DNA of 40,000 nt from Microcystis aeruginosa FD4 (GCF_009792235.1 NZ_CP046973.1:1473062-1513061), one strand, 5' to 3'. Positions 1-8,467 are shown, numbered from the stretch's first letter. The notes: a model not told the origin generated them from the sequence alone. A program made the numbers and translations.

Positions 1-320
1 CTTGAACAATCCTGATAATACTGCTGGAATTAAGGACGTGACTGTTCAATCCTCCACCAATGGTACGACTTGGACTACTATAGCCGGCGCTCCTACTCAG
101 TTTGCTATCGCAGCTAACGCTCCTCAATCTCCAGCGCAGTTCAGTTTTTCTCGGTTACTGCGTCCTTTGTCGGTTTGTTGTTGCTAGTAACTGGGGATTC
201 TCTGGTGCTACTGGCTTCTCAGAGGTTCAATTTGATGGAACCCCCGTCCCCGAACCATCTGCCTTACTTGCGCTCTTAGCCTTTGGTTTAGGGGGTGTCA
301 GTTTAAGAAAAAGACTTTAA
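1..320 (+). pseudogene. C-terminal part of a PEP-CTERM-anchored protein with a discoidin/F5-8-type-C-like domain; reading frame broken; 5' end outside window
   Basis: The frame of ORF 2..187 (NNPDNTAGIKDVTVQSSTNGTTW...) stops at TAG 185-187. The domain continues in the frame of ORF 102..320 (RFVVASNWGFSGATGFSEVQFDG). It ends in a textbook PEP-CTERM signal, VPEPSALLALLAFGLGGVSLRKRL, with the stop at 318-320. Confidence 0.55.
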
Positions 321-483
321 GGAAGCGAGTGCAATTAATCCCTAGATAGCTGTAGTGGGAGCGTCTCGCTCCCCAGCAAGATACCGAAGCTTGTAGGAAT
401 GTTAACCAAAACCACTTATAGTTAAGGAATTTTGATAAGTTGGAGATTGAACAAAGTATAGAAAGTCTCTAGCGCTGACAACT

Positions 484-2289
484 ATGGCTGTAATTGTCCA
501 AAAATACGGTGGTACATCGGTAGGTTCCGTGGAACGCATTCAATCCGTCGCTCAACGGGTCAAAAATACGGTAATAGCAGGAAATACCGTGGTGGTGGTC
601 GTTTCTGCCATGGGTAAAACCACCGATGGATTGGTCAATTTAGCCAAACAAATCGCCGCCGAACCCTCGCGCCGGGAGATGGATATGTTATTATCCACGG
701 GGGAACAGGTGACGATCGCCTTGATGAGTATGGCCCTAGAGGAAATCGGACAACCGGCCATCTCCCTAACTGGCGCTCAGGTGGGAATTGTCACGGAATC
801 CGAACATAGTCGCGCCCGTATTTTAGAAATTAAAACCGATCGCCTCTCCCGTCATCTATCGGAGGGTAAAGTAGTTGTTGTCGCCGGTTTTCAAGGTGTC
901 AGCGATAGTGATCAATTAGAGATTACCACCCTGGGGCGCGGTGGTTCCGATACCTCGGCCGTGGCCCTAGCAGCCGCCTTAAAAGCCGATTTTTGCGAAA
1001 TTTACACCGATGTACCCGGTATTCTCACCACTGACCCCCGTTTAGTCCCCGAAGCGCGTCTTTTAGACCAAATTACCTGCGATGAGATGCTCGAATTAGC
1101 CAGTTTAGGGGCGAAAGTTCTCCACCCGCGAGCGGTGGAAATCGCTAAAAATTTCGGGGTTCCCTTGGTTGTCCGTTCCAGTTGGACAGATGAGCCTGGT
1201 ACTTGGGTGACATCCCCGGCACCGAAACCGCGCACCCTGCAAGGATTGGAATTGACAAAAGCAGTGGATGCGGTGGAATTTGACGGTAATCAGGCGAAAA
1301 TCTCCCTTTTACGGGTTCCTGATCGTCCCGGTATCGCTGCCCGTTTATTCGGGGAAATCGCTCATCAACAGGTGGACGTGGATTTAATTATTCAATCGAT
1401 TCACGAGGGGGACAGCAACGATATCGCCTTTACGGTGATGGGAAATGCCTTGAAAAAAGCCGAATCCGTGGCCGAAGCGATCGCACCGGTTTTACGTTCC
1501 CATCCCACTAATACAGAGGAAGCGGAAGTGATCATCGAATCTGGGGCTGCTAAAATCGCCATTACCGGCGCTGGAATGATTGGCCGGCCGGGAATTGCTG
1601 CCCAAATATTTAGCACTTTGGCCGCAGCGGCAATTAATATCGAAATGATCTCCACTTCCGAAGTAAAAGTCAGTTGTGTCATCGATGAAGCGGACGGAGA
1701 AAAAGCAATTAAAGTCCTTTGTGATGCTTTTCAACTGGAGTATTCTGCTAAAGTTGCTCATCGCGAAATCCCTCACAATTTAGTCCCGGTACGGGGAGTG
1801 GCCCTAGATAATAATCAGGCACAAATGGCCATTCGTCACGTCCCCGATCGCCCCGGGATGGCAGCGAGAATTTTCTCGGTTTTAGCGGCAAAAAATGTCA
1901 GTGTCGATATGATTATTCAATCCCAACGCTGCCGCATTGTCGATGGTATTCCCCGACGGGATATCGCTTTTACTTTGCCCCAAGCTGATGCTAATTTAGC
2001 CCAAAAAATCCTCTTAGAACTATCGGAAAGTTTGGGGTTACAGGAAGTGGTGGTTAATAATGATGTGGCCAAAGTTAGTATTGTTGGTTCGGGAATGGAA
2101 GGACAACCTGGGGTAGCAGCACGCTTTTTTGAAGCTTTAGCAAAGGAGAAAATTAATATTTTAATGATTGCTACTTCTGATATAAAAATCAGTTGTGTGG
2201 TGAATCAAGAAGATGGAGTCAGGGCCCTACAAGTGGTTCACGCCGCTTTTGGATTAGCCGGACAGGGTAAAATTGAAGTACCCGCCTAA
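484..2289 (+). CDS. lysC: Aspartate kinase, long cyanobacterial form with duplicated ACT-domain pairs
   Basis: 601 aa. N-terminal VQKYGGTSVG and VVVVSAMGKTTD kinase motifs. Two successive ACT-pair regions (LLRVPDRPGIAARLF... and IRHVPDRPGMAARIF...). Confidence 0.95.
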   Translation: MAVIVQKYGGTSVGSVERIQSVAQRVKNTVIAGNTVVVVVSAMGKTTDGLVNLAKQIAAEPSRREMDMLLSTGEQVTIALMSMALEEIGQPAISLTGAQVGIVTESEHSRARILEIKTDRLSRHLSEGKVVVVAGFQGVSDSDQLEITTLGRGGSDTSAVALAAALKADFCEIYTDVPGILTTDPRLVPEARLLDQITCDEMLELASLGAKVLHPRAVEIAKNFGVPLVVRSSWTDEPGTWVTSPAPKPRTLQGLELTKAVDAVEFDGNQAKISLLRVPDRPGIAARLFGEIAHQQVDVDLIIQSIHEGDSNDIAFTVMGNALKKAESVAEAIAPVLRSHPTNTEEAEVIIESGAAKIAITGAGMIGRPGIAAQIFSTLAAAAINIEMISTSEVKVSCVIDEADGEKAIKVLCDAFQLEYSAKVAHREIPHNLVPVRGVALDNNQAQMAIRHVPDRPGMAARIFSVLAAKNVSVDMIIQSQRCRIVDGIPRRDIAFTLPQADANLAQKILLELSESLGLQEVVVNNDVAKVSIVGSGMEGQPGVAARFFEALAKEKINILMIATSDIKISCVVNQEDGVRALQVVHAAFGLAGQGKIEVPA

Positions 2290-3710
2290 TTGACATCCTC
2301 ACCGCCGTAAACGGACGGTGATTCCCAAACCTCACGATTTGGGTTTCTGCTTCTTTCCCTTGCGGGGTTCCGCACCTGCCTTAACAGATTTACTCTGTTC
2401 TGGTCTTATGGTCGCTCTACAGACTGACACCGCAAGTCCTGCGGCCAAAATGTTTTTACTGGCGTTAATATCTCGGTCATGGTGAGTCCCGCAGTCTGGA
2501 CAATCCCATTCTCGAATATTTAACGGCATTTTCTCAGCAATATACCCGCAATTACTACACCTTTTAGAACTGGGAAACCATCTATCTATTTCGATGTAAT
2601 TTCTCCCATACCAACGGCATTTATAGGCTAATTGTCGAGTTATTTCTCCCCAACTAACGTCAGATATTGCCTGAGATAATTTCGGGTTTTTGACCAGATT
2701 CTTGACGGCTAAATTCTCAACCACAATCGTTTGGTTTTCACGAACTAATTGAGTGGTTAGCTTGTGTAAATGGTCTTTTCTACTATCAGTAATTTGGGCG
2801 TGAATCTTGGCTACTTTGATTCTCGCTTTTTCCCGATTTTTTGACCCTTTCTGTTTTCTAGAAAGGCTTTTTGGGTCCTTTCGCAGTCTCCGATAATGCT
2901 TTTTAAAATGCTTGGGATTAGATACCTTGTCTCCATCGCTGGTAATCACAAGGCTACTAATTCCTAAGTCAATTCCGATGGCTTTATCGGTTGGGGGTAA
3001 GGGTTTAATTGTTGGGTCATCAAATCTTATTGAGATATGCCAACGTCCAGAAGGATGTAATCTGACTGTTACTGTGCTTGGTTCACAAGCTTCTGGTATT
3101 TGTCTTGACCATCGAATAGGTAAAGGTTCTGTGCATTTAGCTAAATAGATTTGTTTGTCTTTGAACTTAAAAGCAGATTTGGTAAATTCGGCACTTCCTC
3201 CTTGATGTTTTTTCTTAAAGTTAGGATACTTAGTACGACCAGCAAAGAAATTGGTAAAAGCTGTTTGTAGGTGTCTTAACCCTTGTTGCAAAGGTACACA
3301 GCTTACTTCGTTGAGAAAGTCTAATTCTTCTTGCTTTTTCCACTCGGTTAGCATTGAAGAGGTTTCAGTATATCCTACTCTTTCTTGCTTTTCGTACCAT
3401 GCTTGTGTTCTGAGATGGAGAGCTTTATTGTAAACCAATCTTACACAGCCCAAAGTGCGCCGCAATAGCGACTCTTGTTCGGGTGTGGGGTAAAATCGAA
3501 ACGAATAGGCTTTTTCCATGTCTCACATTTTAGCATATATTTGGTAAATGCGCTATAGCAAATAATGGGTTATTTAGGACGCTTTCAATTTTCAAACTCT
3601 TATCTGAACAGGGTTTCAGCGATGGATTGTCCTAAGCACCTTGGTCTTTGCTATAGTATTTAACGGTAAAGCCGTCGTAGAACGACGGGGTTTCAGACCC
3701 AAAATTTTCG
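2290..3710 (-). mobile_element. IS200/IS605-family tnpB-only element (IS1341 group), complete copy
   Basis: The right end at 2290 reads TTGACATCCTCACCGCCGTAAACGGACGGTG, i.e. ...GTCAA on the element strand plus a hairpin. The left end has the hairpin CCGTCGTAGAACGACGG at about 3672-3688 and terminates ...CCCAAAATTTTCGAT at 3710. A second copy of the same right end occurs at 39353. Confidence 0.8.
2332..3519 (-). CDS. tnpB: TnpB/OrfB RNA-guided endonuclease-like transposase accessory protein
   Basis: 395 aa. N-terminus YSFRFYPTPEQESLLRRTLGCVRLVYNKAL, RuvC-like GIDLG and VVENL motifs, zinc finger CSNCG...CPDCG and a DRDINASKNI tail. Confidence 0.92.
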   Translation of the reverse strand: MEKAYSFRFYPTPEQESLLRRTLGCVRLVYNKALHLRTQAWYEKQERVGYTETSSMLTEWKKQEELDFLNEVSCVPLQQGLRHLQTAFTNFFAGRTKYPNFKKKHQGGSAEFTKSAFKFKDKQIYLAKCTEPLPIRWSRQIPEACEPSTVTVRLHPSGRWHISIRFDDPTIKPLPPTDKAIGIDLGISSLVITSDGDKVSNPKHFKKHYRRLRKDPKSLSRKQKGSKNREKARIKVAKIHAQITDSRKDHLHKLTTQLVRENQTIVVENLAVKNLVKNPKLSQAISDVSWGEITRQLAYKCRWYGRNYIEIDRWFPSSKRCSNCGYIAEKMPLNIREWDCPDCGTHHDRDINASKNILAAGLAVSVCRATIRPEQSKSVKAGAEPRKGKKQKPKS

Positions 3711-3734
3711 ATGAAATTAAAAGTTCTATGATAG

Positions 3735-3826
3735 AACGTAGGTTGGGTTGAAGCATGAAACCCAACGCTCGCATAGTTTACGCTACCGCTAACCCATCCT
3801 ACAAATAATTGTGCCTATCTACTTAA
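3735..3826 (-). mobile_element. 92-bp hairpin-forming MITE, copy 1 of 3 (others at 15626-15717 and 20954-21045, opposite orientation)
   Basis: Sequence AACGTAGGTTGGGTTGAAGCATGAAACCCAAC...CCCATCCTACAAATAATTGTGCC. It has subterminal inverted GTAGG(A/T)TGGGTT arms and an inner GTTGGGTT/AACCCAAC stem. A 24-bp direct repeat flanks it at 3711-3734 and 3827-3850. Confidence 0.7.
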
Positions 3827-3932
3827 ATGAAATTAAAAGTTCTATGATAGGGGTAAGAGTTGTCAAATTGCTGGCAACTTAACCCCCAAAAATCCGATCA
3901 ATAAGTTAACCCTCATTACCCCGATTTTATCT

Positions 3933-4325
3933 ATGGAACCGATAACAGTGGCGACAATTGTTGCTTTGGTATTTCAGACTACTGTAGAAAAATTTACTGA
4001 AGCTGCTCTAGAAAAAATTAATACTTTGCGGCAAATTATCTGGAATAAACTTAAAGCTAATCCTAATGCTGAAAAAGCTTTACAAGCTGCTGAAAAAGGG
4101 TCAAAAACTGATCTAGAAAAAGTGGCAGATTATTTAAAGGTTGCCATGAATGATGAAGCAGATTTTGCCGAAAAAGTCAAGGGTTTAGCAACAGAAATTC
4201 AATCCTTGAAAATTCAGGATAATAGTAGTATGAACCAGGCTAATTCTGGAGGTCAAAATTTCCAGAATCAGGGGGAGGTTGGTGAAGTTTATCAAGCAGC
4301 AACTATAAACATCAATAAAACCTGA
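3933..4325 (+). CDS. 130-aa helical N-terminal domain, in frame with the downstream NB-ARC/TPR ORF and separated from it by a single TGA
   Basis: Same frame as 4479..7235. Hydrophobic N-terminal helix MEPITVATIVALVFQTTV, three predicted helices, and a Q/N/G-rich tail GGQNFQNQGEVGEVYQAATININ. Confidence 0.6.
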   Translation: MEPITVATIVALVFQTTVEKFTEAALEKINTLRQIIWNKLKANPNAEKALQAAEKGSKTDLEKVADYLKVAMNDEADFAEKVKGLATEIQSLKIQDNSSMNQANSGGQNFQNQGEVGEVYQAATININKT

Positions 4326-4478
4326 CTGGAGCCGCCTGTTAAGGAACAGGTTAAACAACATCCTCACAATTTATCTAATAGTAATATCCCTAAATTTGTT
4401 GGTAGGGATAAGGAATTAATTGACTTAAAAAATAAATTACAACAATCCCAAAAGCTTGCTATATCTACCTTAACGGGA

Positions 4479-7235
4479 ATGGGAGGCATAGGTAAAACCG
4501 AACTAGCCAGACAATTTGGCTGGCAACAATGGCGAGAAAAAGCCTATCCAGGGGGTATATGTTGGTTAAATGTGGCAGAGAGTGATGGCGGTTTTATCGG
4601 TACTTCTATTTTAGATTTTGCCCGAGTACATTTCAAATTAACTTTACCGGATGAGGGAGAATTAGACATAAAAATTCGTTATTGTTGGCAAAATTGGTTA
4701 GCGGGAAATGTCTTAATTATTTTTGATGATGTACGGGATTATCAGCAAATTAAGTATTATTTACCACCGCAAGAGGAGAAACGCTTTCAGGTTTTAATTA
4801 CCACTCGCAAGGAATATTTATCAGCGACAATTGCGACTTTTCGGGTAGAAGTTTTAAAAGAAGAAGATGCACTTGATTTATTGCGTTCCTACCTCGGAGA
4901 TAACAGAATTGACACACAAATCGAAGAAGCTAAATTATTGTGTCAGGATTTGGGTTATTTGCCCTTAGGGTTAGAATTGGTGGCAAGGTTGCTGGTACGA
5001 CGACAGGATTGGAAAATTAGCAAAATACGGCAGAAGTTAGCAGAAAACGGCTTAGAGGAGCAAATTTTAGAGAAAAATCCCAAGTTTCATGGGGAAATGA
5101 CAGCAGAAAGAGGGTTGAAAGCTGCCTTTAATCTCAGTTGGGAGGAGTTGAATAGCGAACCAGATGCCCAAATTTTGGCACTTTACCTCAGTTTATTCGC
5201 TCTTGCGCCCTTTTTCAAGGAGATGATTCTGGATTTATTTCCCGATGAGGATGGGGATACAGTAGAGGAATGGTTAACCGATAGCTTAGTTCACCTGAGC
5301 TTAGTTCAGGATAAGGGTGAGGGTTGGTATGAAATTCATCCCCTGTTGCGTCGCTATTTTCGGGATAAGTTAGAAGCATCACCCCACGCAGAACCAGCAA
5401 AGCGCCGCTATTGCGGTATTATGGCCAAAAAATCGGCAGAAATGCCACAGGATGTGACTGTAGAAATCGTTGAAGATTTTAAACCTTTCCTTCTCCATCT
5501 GCAAGCATCTGTCGGGGAATATCCAGAATATATCGCTGATGAGGATTTAGCTCGGTCCTATACGGGTTTAGCTCGTTATTATGAAGGACAAGGATTGTAT
5601 GCTATTGCTGAACCTTACTATCAAAATTGTTTAACCGCAACTCGAACCCGTTTAGGAGACAATCATCCCGATGTGGCAAGTTCCCTCAACAATTTAGCAC
5701 TATTGTACGAATCCCAAGGCAGATACACAGAAGCGGAACCTCTCTATCTAGAAGCATTAGATTTGTATAAACGACTCTTAGGAGACAATCATCCCGATGT
5801 GGCAACTTCCCTCAACAATTTAGCAGGATTGTACGATTCCCAAGGCAGATACACAGAAGCGGAACCTCTCTATCTAGAAGCATTAGATTTGTATAAACGA
5901 CTCTTAGGAGACAATCATCCCGATGTGGCAACTTCCCTCAACAATTTAGCAGGATTGTACGATTCCCAAGGCAGATACCCAGAAGCAGAGCCTCTCCTTC
6001 TAGAAGCATTAGATTTGAGAAAACGACTCTTAGGAGACAATCATCCCGATGTGGCAACTTCCCTCAACAATTTAGCAGGATTGTACGATTCCCAAGGCAG
6101 ATACACAGAAGCGGAACCTCTCTATCTAGAAGCATTAGATTTGAGAAAACGACTCTTAGGAGACAATCATCCCGATGTGGCAACTTCCCTCAACAATTTA
6201 GCAGGATTGTACGATTCCCAAGGCAGATACCCAGAAGCAGAGCCTCTCCTTCTAGAAGCATTAGATTTGAGAAAACGACTCTTAGGAGACAATCATCCCG
6301 ATGTGGCAACTTCCCTCAACAATTTAGCAGGATTGTACGATTCCCAAGGCAGATACACAGAAGCGGAACCTCTCTATCTAGAAGCATTAGATTTGATAAA
6401 ACGACTCTTAGGAGACAATCATCCCGATGTGGCAACTTCCCTCAACAATTTAGCAGGATTGTACGATTCCCAAGGCAGATACCCAGAAGCAGAGCCTCTC
6501 CTTCTAGAAGCATTAGATTTGAGAAAACGACTCTTAGGAGACAATCATCCCGATGTCGCACTTTCCCTCAACAATTTAGCAGGATTGTACAAATCCCAAG
6601 GCAGATACACAGAAGCGGAACCTCTCTATCTAGAAGCATTAGATTTGATAAAACGACTCTTAGGAGACAATCATCCCCTTGTGGCAACTTCCCTCAACAA
6701 TTTAGCAGGATTGTACGATTCCCAAGGCAGATACACAGAAGCGGAACCTCTCTATCTAGAAGCATTAGATTTGAGAAAACGACTCTTAGGAGACAATCAT
6801 CCCGATGTCGCACTTTCCCTCAACAATTTAGCAGTATTGTACCGTTCCCAAGGCAGATACACAGAAGCGGAACCTCTCTATCTAGAAGCATTAGATTTGA
6901 GAAAACGACTCTTAGGAGACAATCATCCCGATGTGGCACTTTCCCTCAACAATTTAGCATATTTGTACCAATACCAAGGCAGATACACAGAAGCGGAACC
7001 TCTCTATCTAGAAGCATTAGATTTGAGAAAACGACTCTTAGGAGACAATCATCCCGATGTGGCAACTTCCCTCAACAATTTAGCAGGATTGTACGATTCC
7101 CAAGGCAGATACCCAGAAGCGGAACCTCTCTATCTAGAAGCTTTAGCAATTGCCGAGCAAGCTTTAGGGGAGAATCATCCTAATACAATAATATTTCGGG
7201 AAAATTATGCTATCTGTCTTCGTCGTGGGGGATAA
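4479..7235 (+). CDS. STAND NTPase (NB-ARC) fused to a 13-unit TPR array; NLR-like. The frame is open from 4326, and the listed ATG lies inside the Walker A motif
   Basis: Walker A GMGGIGKTELA and Walker B LIIFDDV. GYLPLGLELVA resembles the NB-ARC GLPLA motif. These are followed by 42-aa TPR units (LGDNHPDVATSLNNLAGLYDSQGRYTEAEPLYLEALDLRKRL). Confidence 0.85.
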   Translation: MGGIGKTELARQFGWQQWREKAYPGGICWLNVAESDGGFIGTSILDFARVHFKLTLPDEGELDIKIRYCWQNWLAGNVLIIFDDVRDYQQIKYYLPPQEEKRFQVLITTRKEYLSATIATFRVEVLKEEDALDLLRSYLGDNRIDTQIEEAKLLCQDLGYLPLGLELVARLLVRRQDWKISKIRQKLAENGLEEQILEKNPKFHGEMTAERGLKAAFNLSWEELNSEPDAQILALYLSLFALAPFFKEMILDLFPDEDGDTVEEWLTDSLVHLSLVQDKGEGWYEIHPLLRRYFRDKLEASPHAEPAKRRYCGIMAKKSAEMPQDVTVEIVEDFKPFLLHLQASVGEYPEYIADEDLARSYTGLARYYEGQGLYAIAEPYYQNCLTATRTRLGDNHPDVASSLNNLALLYESQGRYTEAEPLYLEALDLYKRLLGDNHPDVATSLNNLAGLYDSQGRYTEAEPLYLEALDLYKRLLGDNHPDVATSLNNLAGLYDSQGRYPEAEPLLLEALDLRKRLLGDNHPDVATSLNNLAGLYDSQGRYTEAEPLYLEALDLRKRLLGDNHPDVATSLNNLAGLYDSQGRYPEAEPLLLEALDLRKRLLGDNHPDVATSLNNLAGLYDSQGRYTEAEPLYLEALDLIKRLLGDNHPDVATSLNNLAGLYDSQGRYPEAEPLLLEALDLRKRLLGDNHPDVALSLNNLAGLYKSQGRYTEAEPLYLEALDLIKRLLGDNHPLVATSLNNLAGLYDSQGRYTEAEPLYLEALDLRKRLLGDNHPDVALSLNNLAVLYRSQGRYTEAEPLYLEALDLRKRLLGDNHPDVALSLNNLAYLYQYQGRYTEAEPLYLEALDLRKRLLGDNHPDVATSLNNLAGLYDSQGRYPEAEPLYLEALAIAEQALGENHPNTIIFRENYAICLRRGG
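5652..7163 (+). repeat. Twelve near-identical 126-bp tandem repeats encoding the TPR units, with a partial 252-bp higher-order periodicity
   Basis: TTAGGAGACAATCATCCC recurs at 5652 + 126k for k = 0 to 11. A diverged cap unit starts at 7164. Confidence 0.95.
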
Positions 7236-7253
7236 TTAAACATAAAACTAGCT

Positions 7254-7700
7254 ATGAAAATCTACTTAGATACTAGCGCACTCCATCGTATTTTTGATGA
7301 TCGCTCTCAGGTACGCATTGCTCTTGAAGCTTTAGCAGTACAATCTATTCTATTGCTAATTCAAGAACGTACAGTCGAACTAATTATATCAGACGCACTT
7401 GCCTATGAAATCTCTCGCAATCCTTATCCAGAAAATAAAATGACTGCTTTTAGCATTTTACGACTTGCCAACTCTTATCAAGTATTGACAACTGAAACGT
7501 TAAATCGTGGACAACAACTAGAAACAAATGATAACATCGGTAAACTAGATGCTTTACATCTAGCCTGTGCCGAATCTCAACAGGTTGATTTCTTTATTAC
7601 TTGCGATGATCGCCTCATCAAACGCTATAAAGGTATAATGCGTATATGTAATCCTGTCGAATTTATTTTACTAATGACTGAATCAGGAGATAAATCATGA
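7254..7700 (+). CDS. PIN-domain nuclease (toxin-like)
   Basis: 148 aa. Acidic PIN signature positions: IYLDTSAL, LDALHLA, ITCDDRL. Starts 18 bp after the NLR-like stop. Confidence 0.75.
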   Translation: MKIYLDTSALHRIFDDRSQVRIALEALAVQSILLLIQERTVELIISDALAYEISRNPYPENKMTAFSILRLANSYQVLTTETLNRGQQLETNDNIGKLDALHLACAESQQVDFFITCDDRLIKRYKGIMRICNPVEFILLMTESGDKS

Positions 7701-7924
7701 AAATTGACTTCCCTAGTTTACCTCGTAACACTGAATTGCATCGTGAAGCTATTGAAATTCTAAACGAACGAATGGGTATCGCCAAAGCTGCCATCTTTAT
7801 GAGTGATGCCTTTTGGAAACCAACTGACTATCTAGAAATTAAACATAATCTGTTTGCTGATGAAACTGTTGCTAGTCTTTATGAAAAAGTGGTACTTTGG
7901 CGTGAGCAAACTCAAAAACCCTAA
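7697..7924 (+). CDS. 75-aa partner of the PIN protein (putative antitoxin, family unrecognised)
   Basis: ATGA start/stop overlap with 7254..7700 indicates translational coupling. No motif recognised. Confidence 0.5.
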   Translation: MKIDFPSLPRNTELHREAIEILNERMGIAKAAIFMSDAFWKPTDYLEIKHNLFADETVASLYEKVVLWREQTQKP

Positions 7925-7936
7925 TATTACAGTAAT

Positions 7937-8380
7937 ATGTAGCAACTTTCCTCAACAATTTAGCAGAATTATACTCATCTCAAGGAAGGTACATATAGCG
8001 GAAGTCATAAGTCAGAACCCCTCTATTTACAAGCTTTAGAATTGTATAAACGACTCTTAGGAGACAATCATCCCCTTGTGGCACAATCTCTCAACAATTT
8101 AGCATACTTGTACCAATCCCAAGGCAGATACCCAGAAGCAGAACCTCTCTATCTAGAAGCATTAGATTTGATAAAACGACTCTTAGGAGACAATCATCCC
8201 TCTGTGGCACAATCCCTCAACAATTTAGCAGAATTGTACAAATCCCAAGGCAGATACACAGAAGCAGAACCTCTCTATCTAGAAGCTTTAGCAATTGCCG
8301 AGCAAGCTTTAGGGGAGAATCATCCTAATACAATAATATTTCGGGAAAATTATGCTATCTGTCTTCGTCGTGGGGGATAG
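7937..8380 (+). pseudogene. Displaced or decayed copy of the NLR-like TPR C-terminus (remnant 2)
   Basis: TPR-unit homology runs from about 7937 with an in-frame TAG and a 12-bp insertion. The distal part is intact (ORF 8042..8380). The last 113 bp (8267-8379) match 7122-7234 exactly by eye. Confidence 0.75.
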
Positions 8381-8467
8381 CGTCTTAGCTGTGATTGGTG
8401 TGATTATGTCAAGTTTTTAGGAAATTAAACCAGTTTATTCTTAATCAAACTTAAACGGAGAAAATTA

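Noticed and set aside
552-1776. Minus-strand ORFs 552..761, 1002..1235, 1401..1682 and 1492..1776
   Set aside because: They lie entirely antisense within the well-supported lysC CDS and show no motifs.
4323-4325. Selenocysteine as the reading of the in-frame TGA in the NLR-like gene
   Set aside because: I see no hairpin immediately 3' of the TGA that would resemble a bacterial SECIS element, and the context is not a redox motif. Readthrough or a nonsense mutation are the simpler options.
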